Positions 8,064 through 17,573 of a DNA stretch of 20,000 nucleotides are shown in pieces. The notes under the pieces are model-generated. The model was not told where the DNA came from. It did not search any database and saw only the letters and a program-made list of their open reading frames with translations. Position 1 is the first letter of the stretch, and each line of letters begins with the position of its first letter. The translations under genes and the position numbers were made by a program. The DNA is from an uncultured virus (IMG/VR IMGVR_UViG_3300029705_000098) (taxonomy: Duplodnaviria > Heunggongvirae > Uroviricota > Caudoviricetes): IMG/VR virus record IMGVR_UViG_3300029705_000098. The stretch is one strand, 5' to 3'.

Positions 8064-8527
8064 TAACTTATCCTCACTTTCACGCTAATGTCACTTTGCT
8101 GGGCAGGAAAGGTAATAACTATCTGTCCCGTTGTTGTAACTATATCTGTAGGCGCAATTAAATCTGAAAATGCCCCGACGTTTTCAAACACCTGTATGGT
8201 GCTGTTTGTAGTAATAGCAGGGTTCTGTATCGTCAATGACGTACTACCCGCTAAAAGAGTGGCAACTAAGTCTGTCCAAGTAGAGCCAGAGATAGCAGAA
8301 ACAATTTCGTTAATTGCTCCTTCAACTGTTTTATTGTTTGTCTGCAAGTTAGCAAACGTCATACTTTCAACTGCGTGCGCACCAAGTTGGTTAGGAGTAG
8401 TTGTTAAAGAGGTATACCCTGTATCTCCTTGTTGTGTATAACTAGCAATCGCAATCAGGTCATTAGCGCCGTTTAATTGTACGGGGTGGTCCGTCTTTAA
8501 ATCTGAAAATTTAATTAAATCTGGCAT
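8063..8527 (-). CDS. Short tail-fibre-like structural protein
   Basis: IKFSDL start, LQTNNKTVEGAINEI fibre motif, small C-terminal beta domain. Confidence 0.65.
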   Translation of the reverse strand: MPDLIKFSDLKTDHPVQLNGANDLIAIASYTQQGDTGYTSLTTTPNQLGAHAVESMTFANLQTNNKTVEGAINEIVSAISGSTWTDLVATLLAGSTSLTIQNPAITTNSTIQVFENVGAFSDLIAPTDIVTTTGQIVITFPAQQSDISVKVRIS

Positions 8528-8538
8528 TTAGTCTCTCC

Positions 8539-10515
8539 TTACTCTGTTGTAAATCGGTCGCTATTTTCTGCTCCGATATAGTTTCCATCTTCTGTTGCAA
8601 AATCAAATCCTCCTCGTAAGAAAATTTGTGGTTGCAACGTGCCAGTTCCTTCTGCTAACGGTATGCCTTCAACACTATCAATATTATACAGTAAAAGTGT
8701 ATCAGCAACACTAATAAATGGAACACTAATAAGCGTAATTGTGCAATCATCAGACATATCAAGTATTCCCATATCTGCAATAGTGCCGATGAAGGCAGAA
8801 TCCTCAATTCTAATGAGACCACTGAACCCTGTAATGTCTGTAAGTTCTTGACCTATGAGACTTGCTTGTAATGTTCTTGCAGGTATAATAACTGTTCCGT
8901 TACGAATCGTCATATATACCTCAAACTCATATCGCATATTTGGCTCAAGCGCAACAACGGGATATGCGACAGTAATAATGTGCTTACCATTCTCTAGTTT
9001 TTCAGTAGCAACATACGGCTCTTCATTACTAGGAAGTCTGACTGAATTGAGCGTATAGAATATGTCTACTTCACATCGTCCATCTCTCAAATAAGTGTAA
9101 GTGTTCTCTGCTATACCCGTTAGTGATACAGGGTTTCCGTTAATGTCTGTGATAGTTGTCTCTTGCTCATTGTAGTATGCTTTTACAGGTACGCTAACGT
9201 CCTCAGTTGTAGTGTCAACAACATCTGGAACATCAACGTCAACAAGAATAGTAGCAACAAACAATGCGTCTGTTTTTGAGCTAGGATTGAATATACACTC
9301 ACCTATCTTGCTTGTCTGCAAATCTCCTATATTCGTCTGTCTAGGATTAGTGAATGATATGAACTGTAACTTGCTTCTCTCAATAGCCTGTGTGAGTATT
9401 CGGTTGCTCTCACTAGCAAGAACAGAACCGCCCTCTAAATACGGATTAAGCCCTTCACTATCAATCGTCATTCCCTGATGGAATCGCCACTCAATACTTG
9501 TAATGAGCGTATAGATAGTTCCGTTTCTTGTTATAAGTTCAAGTCTGTCACCACAATCGAATGACGGGTCACTCGGCATGTCCATATCGACAGGAGTATA
9601 TTCGTCAATCGACTGTAAATGATTAAACAGATTATCCGTTTTTGTCTGCTGTGCTTCCTCTGAACCATAGTCCCACGCAGGTGCATCTTCAATAATCATT
9701 ACAAGTCCCTGGTCGAGCACACTTGTGGTGTGCTTTGTGTACGTTCCAGCCAAACTTGAAATAGATATACCAACATACTTGCACTTATAGTCTGCGGGCA
9801 CTAAAGTAAACCAATCGCTCATAGTAAGTGACGCGTCTGCGGTGCTAGAAAATCCCTTTATTGCTAACTGACCATCTCTGCTCGCATATGCAAAACAGCC
9901 AAGTAACTGACATATCATCTTAACCACATCTCTATATGTGTGTATGCCTCTTTCTTCGCTTGCGTCTGCTTGATAAGTATAGTTAGGAAAATTCGTAAGA
10001 TAAAGTTCATCGAAATCAAGTTCCATTCCCGTATTTGCAGATACGGCTTGAAATAACTCCCACGGAAGTCCTGTTAAGAATGTTCCACCCAACTGCTTAT
10101 CAAGGAGCGACATATTATCATAGCAAGTCAGTGTAACTCTATCTGTTGGTCTTTCTGCGTCCGCTACTGTATAGATGCCAAGCGGCACCTCTTCAAAGAT
10201 AGGCACAGATGTTTCTCCAGAAGTATCTATGCCAGTTTGAATTTTGTATGTTAATTCAATGCTTGCGCCGTAAAAAGCGTATCTCTCCAAATCTGTGAGA
10301 ATGGATATTTTAAGTACGCTGGTGAACACACCACCAAACATTAACTCGTCATCGTCTATACACTGTTTACTGATAGACAAGGAATTAGACGGCAGATTAG
10401 AACCATCAATGGCCATTGTCGTGCCGTCTGCAAATGTTAGTGTGCCGTAAACAGTATTGTAGGGTCTGCTTGCGGCACGTATTGCTGTCTTGTACGCCTG
10501 ACTAGTGTTATACAT
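8539..10515 (-). CDS. Baseplate hub / Tal-like tail-tip protein
   Basis: MYNTSQAYKTAI...VPLGIYTV...TLTCYDNMSLLD...YRDVVKMICQLLGCFA...DPSFDCGD motifs; follows the tape measure gene with a TAATG overlap. Confidence 0.8.
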   Translation of the reverse strand: MYNTSQAYKTAIRAASRPYNTVYGTLTFADGTTMAIDGSNLPSNSLSISKQCIDDDELMFGGVFTSVLKISILTDLERYAFYGASIELTYKIQTGIDTSGETSVPIFEEVPLGIYTVADAERPTDRVTLTCYDNMSLLDKQLGGTFLTGLPWELFQAVSANTGMELDFDELYLTNFPNYTYQADASEERGIHTYRDVVKMICQLLGCFAYASRDGQLAIKGFSSTADASLTMSDWFTLVPADYKCKYVGISISSLAGTYTKHTTSVLDQGLVMIIEDAPAWDYGSEEAQQTKTDNLFNHLQSIDEYTPVDMDMPSDPSFDCGDRLELITRNGTIYTLITSIEWRFHQGMTIDSEGLNPYLEGGSVLASESNRILTQAIERSKLQFISFTNPRQTNIGDLQTSKIGECIFNPSSKTDALFVATILVDVDVPDVVDTTTEDVSVPVKAYYNEQETTITDINGNPVSLTGIAENTYTYLRDGRCEVDIFYTLNSVRLPSNEEPYVATEKLENGKHIITVAYPVVALEPNMRYEFEVYMTIRNGTVIIPARTLQASLIGQELTDITGFSGLIRIEDSAFIGTIADMGILDMSDDCTITLISVPFISVADTLLLYNIDSVEGIPLAEGTGTLQPQIFLRGGFDFATEDGNYIGAENSDRFTTE

Positions 10516-13500
10516 TAGAAACTTGTACCTCTAATCATTCTTTGTTGATTGACATATCTTGCGTTTGCTTTGCCAATCTCTTTGTCTCCGATAGTCAAGT
10601 TCTTGCTCTCGACTACCTGTATTAACTGCTGTAATAATTGTATCATTTCTGCGTTACCACTGGTAGCCAATACTTCTGCAACCGCTTGCTTAATTGTATC
10701 GAGCGGAGCTTCAATATTAGTGCCGTGCGACTGGTCACCCAGAACTGCCATAAACTCTCTGTTAGGAGGAATAACTGCGCCCTGAGCAAGATGCGGAACT
10801 CTTGCAAGAGTTACGTGTTTCAAATTAAACCCAACAGATTTTCCACCCCAGTCTGGAACCCAGTTAGGAATATCTATCTTGATTTTATTAAGAGCGTCTG
10901 CAATCCCGTTTACCATTTTTTCAAGCCCACCAATTAGGACATTTATAATTGATATTATAGAGTTTACGGGAGTTTCAATATAACCCTTCAGTCTGTTCCA
11001 AATCAATCTAATGTCCTCTGCAAGTGTGTTAAAGGTGTTAGTTGCCGCAACACGAATTGCCACCCACGTATCTGCTAAAAACTGTTTAAAGGCAGATACC
11101 TTTTTAGAGAACCAATTAAACTTTTCGTCAGTGATGCCAAGCAACGATGCAATAACACCTACACCAAGCCAAAAAGCACTCTTAATTGTTTCCCATCCAT
11201 CAACTATTCCTTGAACAAGCTCCGAAAAACTTATATTTTCAATTCCCTGATGAACATTATCGAGCCACCCAGATATATCTGTACCATAAATATCATCAAG
11301 TACACTTGCAACAACCTCTAACGGGTGATAATTAAGGTCAGCGAGAGTGTTCTTAATATCGTCAAACACCGCGGGCCAATCACCACTTAATATGTCTGCA
11401 ATAAGTTGTAAAGCATCTCCAACAAGAGTTAATGTAAAAGCGAGTTCGTGTAATAGTATGTCAAACCCAATTTCAACAAGGGTAACAATATGTTTCTCCA
11501 ATACATCAAGAACACCCGTTTCATCAAGAAACTCCCAAAAATCTTTAAGCGCATTTTTAAAGTTATCCCAGGCAAGTTTAAGGTCTTCTAATGCGGATAC
11601 CATCTTTTCATAACCCGGCAACTTTGACAGGTCAATGTCTTTGATAGCCTGCTTAACTCTCTTTAACCAGCCTTCAACATCAGTTCCAAATATCTTATCA
11701 AACACGCCTGCAAGTGCAATTAGAGGGTCAAAGGTAAGGTCCGCAAGCAAACTCTTAAAGTCCTGAAGCCCTGTCTTTAAGTCTCCGTTTAATATATCTG
11801 CCAACAGATTAAATAAGTTTGTTACGATGCTTAATGCACTTGTAAAAGCAGTATCGGCTAAATATAAGACAATCTCTTCAAGCGTTTTGACAATAGGAGA
11901 ATCCTTAAAATTATCAAACGCTGTTTTAAGTCTGTCGAAAGCCTCAATAACTCCGCTATCCTTAATTTTTTCTTTAATCTTATCAATAATATCAAAGATG
12001 CCCTTGAACTCCGATGGGTCAACATCTACGAGTTTAAACATATCGTTAGGGTCGGGAGTATACTTGTCTCCAAGTCCACCTCCTCCACCGCTACCAGTTC
12101 CGTTCGGGTCTTTGTCAACTCCAAGAACGTCCAAATCGTCAAATGCGGCAAGCCTGTCTGTCAACTTCTTTGCCTTATCTGCGGCACTTCCTGCACTACC
12201 ACCTACGTTGTCGAGGCTATCGGCATAGTCTGCGGCCTTAACTTTAACTGCCTGAAATACTTGCTTTTGCCCAAGCAGTACACCTAAAAAACGAGCAAAG
12301 GCGTTTCCTACTTGTGCAATCTTATCAATAAGTGCCTCAAGCCAGGGAGTTACAAACTGTAAGATAGGTGAGAACGCAGTTGCCCAAGCGTTTTTCAGAT
12401 ATAAGAGAGAAGAAAGCAATCTAGTAATACTCGCATTAACGTGGTTATTACCATCGTTAAATTGAGCCATATTCTTGATACCTTCTCCTATGTACTTACG
12501 TAATCTACGAACAAGAAAGAATAAACTCCTAAAGCCAAACACATACTTTGTAATACCTGTAATTAAATGCTTAAGATTGGTACGCATAGTTTTAGCCATA
12601 CTCTCAAAGGAGTTTCTAGCCCTGACAGCGTCCTTATGCCAATCGCTGAATCCTCTTTTAATTACTGATACCATAGGAGGTATTGATTTTAGTTGTTTTC
12701 CTGTTTCTGCGACTTTAGTATGCTCATTAGAAACATCTCTAAGATTTTGCTTATATCCTCGTATCTGAGAATTGATAAGTTCAATCATACGCAAAATATT
12801 TCCATAGGTACTATCTGCGCCTGCGGGCATACCCAAAGTCTCTATTGTCTTTTTTGCTTCCTTTAACTGATTATATCTTCGTATCAACTCTGCGATGTTA
12901 TCAGTTGCAGGGTCTGACTGCATCCTATCCCAGAGTGTATTTGTATCTTCCGTAATAGAGCGAATGATAGTGTCTAACGCTGTTAATTGGCCCTCACACT
13001 CCTGGGAACTTTCCGCAAGTGCGTTAAGCGGGTTTTTATCTTCTCCAGAAATATCTTTAACGCTCTGTGAAAAAGATTGAGCGGAGTCTTTTGCTCCGTC
13101 AAGACTCTCTTTTACAGTAGCAAGGTTATCTGCTTCCTCTTTTGTAGACTGTGCGAGTTCTTGATTTGCATTTACTGAAAGTTCTACGTCACTTAAGGTT
13201 TGAGATATAATATCTTTTTGTTGAGCATAATTAGATAAGACTTCTTGTGAAGAAGCCTGTGCTCTCTCATAATCGGCCTGTAACTTTGCCTCTTCTTCCT
13301 CAATAAGAGCAATATAGTCCCTATTCTCTTTGATTAACCTATTTTGTTCTGCTTGAGCGGATAAGTTTCTCTGTGCCCCAGCACTCTCGGGATTTCTTTC
13401 GTATTTTTCGTTCCAAGTGCGCTGTAATTTAGATAAACCTCGCTCCTCATCTGCAATCTTAGTAAGTGTTGCTTGCTTTTCAGCACTGAGTTCCTTAAGA

Positions 13501-13721
13501 TTATCTGCTATTGCGGATACATTTGTAGAGGCTGCGGATAATTCATCAGAAAGTCCTTTTGCATTTTTCTCTGCCGCTTCAAGCCTGGATTCAAGGGAAG
13601 TAAATCCTTTACCTTCAATTTTCTTGGAGGCATCTTTAAGTAATTTTTCAAGTTCTTTAATGTCATTTTGGGCCTGTGTAAGATTAAACCCCAAAGACAG
13701 TTCGGCATCAGTATTTGGCAT
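10515..13721 (-). CDS. Tail tape measure protein
   Basis: 1068 aa, helical/coiled coil; LAAFDDLDVL...GSGGGGG, W-containing repeats, C-terminal IPNWVP...VPHLAQGAVIPPNREFMAVLGDQ..GTNIEAPL. Confidence 0.95.
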   Translation of the reverse strand: MPNTDAELSLGFNLTQAQNDIKELEKLLKDASKKIEGKGFTSLESRLEAAEKNAKGLSDELSAASTNVSAIADNLKELSAEKQATLTKIADEERGLSKLQRTWNEKYERNPESAGAQRNLSAQAEQNRLIKENRDYIALIEEEEAKLQADYERAQASSQEVLSNYAQQKDIISQTLSDVELSVNANQELAQSTKEEADNLATVKESLDGAKDSAQSFSQSVKDISGEDKNPLNALAESSQECEGQLTALDTIIRSITEDTNTLWDRMQSDPATDNIAELIRRYNQLKEAKKTIETLGMPAGADSTYGNILRMIELINSQIRGYKQNLRDVSNEHTKVAETGKQLKSIPPMVSVIKRGFSDWHKDAVRARNSFESMAKTMRTNLKHLITGITKYVFGFRSLFFLVRRLRKYIGEGIKNMAQFNDGNNHVNASITRLLSSLLYLKNAWATAFSPILQFVTPWLEALIDKIAQVGNAFARFLGVLLGQKQVFQAVKVKAADYADSLDNVGGSAGSAADKAKKLTDRLAAFDDLDVLGVDKDPNGTGSGGGGGLGDKYTPDPNDMFKLVDVDPSEFKGIFDIIDKIKEKIKDSGVIEAFDRLKTAFDNFKDSPIVKTLEEIVLYLADTAFTSALSIVTNLFNLLADILNGDLKTGLQDFKSLLADLTFDPLIALAGVFDKIFGTDVEGWLKRVKQAIKDIDLSKLPGYEKMVSALEDLKLAWDNFKNALKDFWEFLDETGVLDVLEKHIVTLVEIGFDILLHELAFTLTLVGDALQLIADILSGDWPAVFDDIKNTLADLNYHPLEVVASVLDDIYGTDISGWLDNVHQGIENISFSELVQGIVDGWETIKSAFWLGVGVIASLLGITDEKFNWFSKKVSAFKQFLADTWVAIRVAATNTFNTLAEDIRLIWNRLKGYIETPVNSIISIINVLIGGLEKMVNGIADALNKIKIDIPNWVPDWGGKSVGFNLKHVTLARVPHLAQGAVIPPNREFMAVLGDQSHGTNIEAPLDTIKQAVAEVLATSGNAEMIQLLQQLIQVVESKNLTIGDKEIGKANARYVNQQRMIRGTSF
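11229..11945 (-). repeat. Diverged internal tandem duplication in the tape measure gene
   Basis: Copy 1 (~11631-11945): AFDNFK...LLADILNGD...LADL...PL...IFGTDVEGWL. Copy 2 (~11229-11597): AWDNFK...LIADILSGD...LADL...PL...IYGTDISGWL. Confidence 0.8.
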
Positions 13722-13726
13722 AGCAC

Positions 13727-14311
13727 TTACTCCTTGTTCCAGAGTTGGTTAAGTAACTCATCGTCCTCTTTCTGCTGTAAAGTACGTCTATCCCACATAA
13801 AGTATTGCGGATTATCGCGTCTAAATTCCTTCTCGTACTTTTCGAGCGGTTTACCCCTTGCGATTTTACTTCTTATCCCCACTACTGTTGCTAATGCTCC
13901 ATCGCCGATAGCATTAAAATAACCCATAAAGGTCCACCAGTGAATGTAATTCTCCGCTCTGATTTCTCTCCCTGCTACTTTATTTATTGCTGAACTGATT
14001 AGCTGTGCATCATCTTCCCAATCTATTGTCTTATAATTCATTTCTGCGGCCGAGTGTGTTTGACCGCAGTTAAAAAACAAAAACGCCTTATCAATTAGTT
14101 CCTGCATAGTTTCTTCGTCGAGGCCCAATATGTGTTCAACCGTACTAAAATCCTCATAAAAGATTAGTAAGAATGTAACTATGCGTTCAATTTTTGATAG
14201 CGTAACATCATTAAGAACACTAAAACAATCTAACACCATACGATAATCTCCTTTATCTTGTATGGTGTAGACTGTATCTTTTATATCTATTGTTGTCGGT
14301 AATTCATACAT
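13727..14311 (-). CDS. A118 Gp15-like tail assembly chaperone
   Basis: YELPT...DYRMVL...IDWEDDAQLI.SAIN...YIHWWTFMGYF...VVGIRSK...EKYEKEF motifs; directly precedes the tape measure gene. Confidence 0.88.
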   Translation of the reverse strand: MYELPTTIDIKDTVYTIQDKGDYRMVLDCFSVLNDVTLSKIERIVTFLLIFYEDFSTVEHILGLDEETMQELIDKAFLFFNCGQTHSAAEMNYKTIDWEDDAQLISSAINKVAGREIRAENYIHWWTFMGYFNAIGDGALATVVGIRSKIARGKPLEKYEKEFRRDNPQYFMWDRRTLQQKEDDELLNQLWNKE

Positions 14312-14817
14312 TACTTCTTAGTGTTCTTCTTGTACTTGCTTGCTCGCCTTTCTGCTCTGTTCTTTAACTTGTCAAATTCTGCTCCAAGCCCATTCGTATA
14401 AAGTGAAGTGAGCGTATCAAGAATACGCATAAAACGTATCTGACCATCAACAGGGTCATACATATTTCCTGAAGGAGCACATACCTCTGACGCGTTAGTA
14501 TCAAAGATAAAGTCAATGGTCTCTCTCATATCTTTGTCAATAGCAGAAAGCCTATCCGCCATCTCTCCAACAAGTTCCATTCCCTTAATATCTTCAGGGA
14601 TACTCTCAATTTCCTTTCTTGCAGTTGCAAACAACTCATTTAACTTAGGATATCCGGTCTTTAAACGAGAAGTGATATTAAGGTCAGAAACATTAAGTTC
14701 CAAGATACGTCTATTGTCGCCCTCAATTCTAAACTTCTTCTTCTCAACAAAACCAAGGCTTACATCAGTAATCTCGGGCTCTTGAATGTTGTTTTGCTTA
14801 ATCGTATCGTCTATCAT
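14311..14817 (-). CDS. Tail assembly chaperone
   Basis: Between major tail and Gp15-like genes; IDKDMRETIDFIF...SEVC motif, basic ASKY C-terminus; RBS ACAGGAGG. Confidence 0.75.
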   Translation of the reverse strand: MIDDTIKQNNIQEPEITDVSLGFVEKKKFRIEGDNRRILELNVSDLNITSRLKTGYPKLNELFATARKEIESIPEDIKGMELVGEMADRLSAIDKDMRETIDFIFDTNASEVCAPSGNMYDPVDGQIRFMRILDTLTSLYTNGLGAEFDKLKNRAERRASKYKKNTKK

Positions 14818-14833
14818 ATATACCTCCTGTAAT

Positions 14834-14888
14834 ATTGAGTATGCTCCTGTGCGCCTAAAGTTAAACGCACAGGAGTTTATAACTCAAT
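14834..14888 (-). promoter_or_regulatory. Long intergenic stem-loop after the major tail gene (no U-tract)
   Basis: Inner arms CTCCTGTGCG/CGCACAGGAG (14844-14875), extendable by G-U pairs on the minus strand; outer arms ATTGAGT/ACTCAAT. Confidence 0.75.
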
Positions 14889-15565
14889 TATACACCAACA
14901 TCGGGTGTAAATGTGAAACCGTCTCCTAACTTATCAACGATACCGTTTGTAATATCGTTAGAGAGATAGACAGAGATAGGCATATTTACGTTGCTATCAC
15001 CACCGATAGAGTTGTATGTGATTGTACAATCTGTCTGACGCTCTGCCTCATATCCGTTCTCTGCATCACCTACAAAGGCTGTGATAACGTAAATCGTAAA
15101 GAAGCCAAGTTCTGTAAGCGCATTCCTCTTACGAATGTCGTTCAACTTCTCACCGAGCAAAGAACTACCGAGAATGAGATAAGGGTCGAAATCCTGCTGA
15201 GGCTGTGTCTTATTAACATCGGAGTAGTTAATGCCGAGAATATCCGTTGACGTTGAAATGTCAGGGTTGTACTCGATAGATGAATCCTCTGTTCTACGAC
15301 CAAGTACCTCACGGTTTACCCTAGTGTAGTAAGTGCTTTCTGCCCAAGCAGGTGCAGTATCACCAGTAACAGGAGCATAAGTGTAAGGCTCTGCTGACCC
15401 TGTGCGTGTGTAATACTCCGTATACTTTGTATCCCAATCTCCAGGTTCCTTGTCCTGAACTACGTAATACTTACCGCTATCGTTGTCTCTCCACTCTGCG
15501 ACAGTCTGGAGCAACTTTCTTTCTGCTCTCTGATGAGGAGCAAGATTAAACTTGTTAATAGCCAT
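14888..15565 (-). CDS. Major tail (tube) protein
   Basis: LG..TEDSSIEYNPD.....DILG motif of Firmicutes siphophage tail tube proteins; located after the neck genes; strong RBS GAAAGGAG. Confidence 0.9.
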   Translation of the reverse strand: MAINKFNLAPHQRAERKLLQTVAEWRDNDSGKYYVVQDKEPGDWDTKYTEYYTRTGSAEPYTYAPVTGDTAPAWAESTYYTRVNREVLGRRTEDSSIEYNPDISTSTDILGINYSDVNKTQPQQDFDPYLILGSSLLGEKLNDIRKRNALTELGFFTIYVITAFVGDAENGYEAERQTDCTITYNSIGGDSNVNMPISVYLSNDITNGIVDKLGDGFTFTPDVGV

Positions 15566-15583
15566 AAATTTCTTTCTCCTTTC

Positions 15584-16060
15584 TTATGACCAAATAACTT
15601 CTGAATTGTCTATATAGTCAATCCTAATCTCCATACTGTACAGAGCGAGAGCAGGACTAACTTCTGTGTTAATTCCGTCAATAGACGGATTTTCCGAAGT
15701 AGTGCGCATTTCATCAATTTCACACTCTTCTCCAAAATCAGGGTAAATACGATTTTTACCCTGAATATTTACCCAATCCATAAAAGATTGAATATCCGCT
15801 AAATCGTCGATGTTTTCTCCAACAACGCTATCCTTCGCAATGGCCATATCAGTTATTGTTTTGGTAATAACGATTGAGAATATGTATCTTTTCGCAACGC
15901 TTCCGTCGATGAAAGTTCTGTTAGAAGATTTATCGTTAGATGAGGTAACAATCTGAACGTCATTATTCTTTGCATTAATGAAGTTGACAAAGATAGCACT
16001 TTCAGAAATGCCTGGGTACTGTAATATAAAATTAAGCACGGCTTTACTCTTATCAACCAT
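15584..16060 (-). CDS. Tail terminator / tail completion protein
   Basis: FIDGS...Y.F...FMDWVNIQ.KNRIYPDF...ALYSMEIRIDY; start reassigned to ATG 16060 (RBS CAGGAG) from the track's 16081. Confidence 0.75.
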   Translation of the reverse strand: MVDKSKAVLNFILQYPGISESAIFVNFINAKNNDVQIVTSSNDKSSNRTFIDGSVAKRYIFSIVITKTITDMAIAKDSVVGENIDDLADIQSFMDWVNIQGKNRIYPDFGEECEIDEMRTTSENPSIDGINTEVSPALALYSMEIRIDYIDNSEVIWS

Positions 16061-16640
16061 TTTTAATCTCCTGTTTAACAAACTCTTTCATTTCGTCTAG
16101 CATTTTTCGTCTTAAAGGCGTCCACACTGTCGGAGTATCTCTAACATATTCAAGCCACCTTGCTTGAGCGTTGGGATTTTTTGTATATCCCGTTATGTGT
16201 ATTACCCTGCCATCTCTAAGTTCAATGGTCTTACGTGCCGGGTGTCCTAAAACTCTGTTAGTTTCCTGCTTTGGGTGGATAGGAGATATCCAGCCTATGT
16301 GTACACCAGCGCCTCCGTTCTGTGTAGGCCCTTGCGAAAAAACAGCGCGGTTTGGTCCAAATACTTTTCCATAGTATTGATACAATACGTAAGGAAGTTT
16401 ACTTGTATTACGATAGGTTACCTTGAACCACGCAGGCTTTTTTGAAGGAGTGTAGGTTCTTAATACATATCCCTTTCGCTTTAAATCTCCGCTACTTTCA
16501 GGAACGTACTTATTAACCTCTGCCATAAACATATCTGCAAGTAAATTAATGCTGTCTTTTTGAGTGGCTTTATCCAACGCTTTAATGAGTTTATTAACAC
16601 CCTTAGATGCGTCTACCTTTATCTCAAGTTTTGAACCCAT
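16053..16640 (-). CDS. Neck protein ('minor capsid protein', A118 gp10-like)
   Basis: YVPESSGDL...PYVLYQYYG...NPNAQARWLE motifs; gene position. Confidence 0.8.
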   Translation of the reverse strand: MGSKLEIKVDASKGVNKLIKALDKATQKDSINLLADMFMAEVNKYVPESSGDLKRKGYVLRTYTPSKKPAWFKVTYRNTSKLPYVLYQYYGKVFGPNRAVFSQGPTQNGGAGVHIGWISPIHPKQETNRVLGHPARKTIELRDGRVIHITGYTKNPNAQARWLEYVRDTPTVWTPLRRKMLDEMKEFVKQEIKNG

Positions 16641-16641
16641 A

Positions 16642-17106
16642 TCATTTACCTACTACTCGATAGTGTTTTAAGTTCACTCCCTCGCGTACGTTATCAACAT
16701 AATTAGCAATTTCAAGGCACTCATCATACTGCTTGTATTTTGAGATTAAGTCTGTGTGACGCTGTCCTGGAGTATAATCATCTATCGTGTCTGAAACCTC
16801 TCCTAAAACAATTATATCCTCATCTGCAAGTGTGAATTTGCCTGATTTATTCTCAAGTGCTTGCCATTCGCGTCTACTCACATACTTTTTACTCTGTGGT
16901 ATACGGCAGATTATTGTCTTATTTTCGGTTAAAACACCAATAGTGGACACTCCGTATCGTCCCATACTAAACATAATGTTTTCCGCTTTCCAGAAACAAT
17001 TATGTACAACCGTTCTGTACCAACTAGTTCTTTGTGTAGTTGGGTCAACATACTTATTATAGATTGTTACGGTTTTATCCCACCACGGGAACGGAACATC
17101 ACTCAC
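16642..17106 (-). CDS. Head closure / stopper protein
   Basis: TVTIYNK...WYRTV...C.W...FTL..EDIIVLG...HYRVVG; gene position. Confidence 0.75.
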   Translation of the reverse strand: MSDVPFPWWDKTVTIYNKYVDPTTQRTSWYRTVVHNCFWKAENIMFSMGRYGVSTIGVLTENKTIICRIPQSKKYVSRREWQALENKSGKFTLADEDIIVLGEVSDTIDDYTPGQRHTDLISKYKQYDECLEIANYVDNVREGVNLKHYRVVGK

Positions 17107-17536
17107 CTGGATATAACCCTCTGTACAATAACTTACGACCTACGCTATTCATTACTCCTGTAAGATAACGTGTAATGCTTTCCTCAATCTCTTTCTTTGC
17201 GTGAGTAAAAAGCAACTCACCGCTTAATACCGCATACGTAGTTGATACTCCATCGTTGGACATCTGTGATACTTGTGCCGAAACATTAATGCCTCCTGCA
17301 CTCGTATTAGTTGGTGTAAGAAGATTGTTTTTAGCGGCTACAAGACCTATGAGTTGATATACACAAATCTTAACACGCTCCATAACATCTTCAGTACGCC
17401 ACTCTTCTTTCCAAAGACGATTAAACGTATAATAATCAATATACCCTTGAGCATCAAGCAATAAAGTATTAAAGAGGGTTTCATCAAGCGTACCACCCAT
17501 CTCGCTGTACTCATCATAAGTTAAGTAGTAAACCAT
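17099..17536 (-). CDS. Head-tail connector (adaptor) protein
   Basis: YLTYDEY...A...IDYYTFNRL...VKICV...SNDGVSTTY...YLTG...LLYRG; follows the major capsid gene. Confidence 0.88.
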   Translation of the reverse strand: MVYYLTYDEYSEMGGTLDETLFNTLLLDAQGYIDYYTFNRLWKEEWRTEDVMERVKICVYQLIGLVAAKNNLLTPTNTSAGGINVSAQVSQMSNDGVSTTYAVLSGELLFTHAKKEIEESITRYLTGVMNSVGRKLLYRGLYPGE

Positions 17537-17573
17537 CTAAAACCCCCTTTGTAATACTTCTTATATGCTTAAA

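Noticed and set aside
2076..8527. Diversity-generating retroelement or invertible shufflon acting on the fibre genes
   Set aside because: No reverse transcriptase or invertase, no TR/VR repeat pair and no inverted cassettes seen by eye in this window; a distant partner cannot be excluded.
14300..14400. Programmed -1 frameshift between the two tail chaperone genes (lambda G/GT type)
   Set aside because: No X XXY YYZ slippery heptamer near the end of the first gene; the genes are joined by a TAATG overlap.
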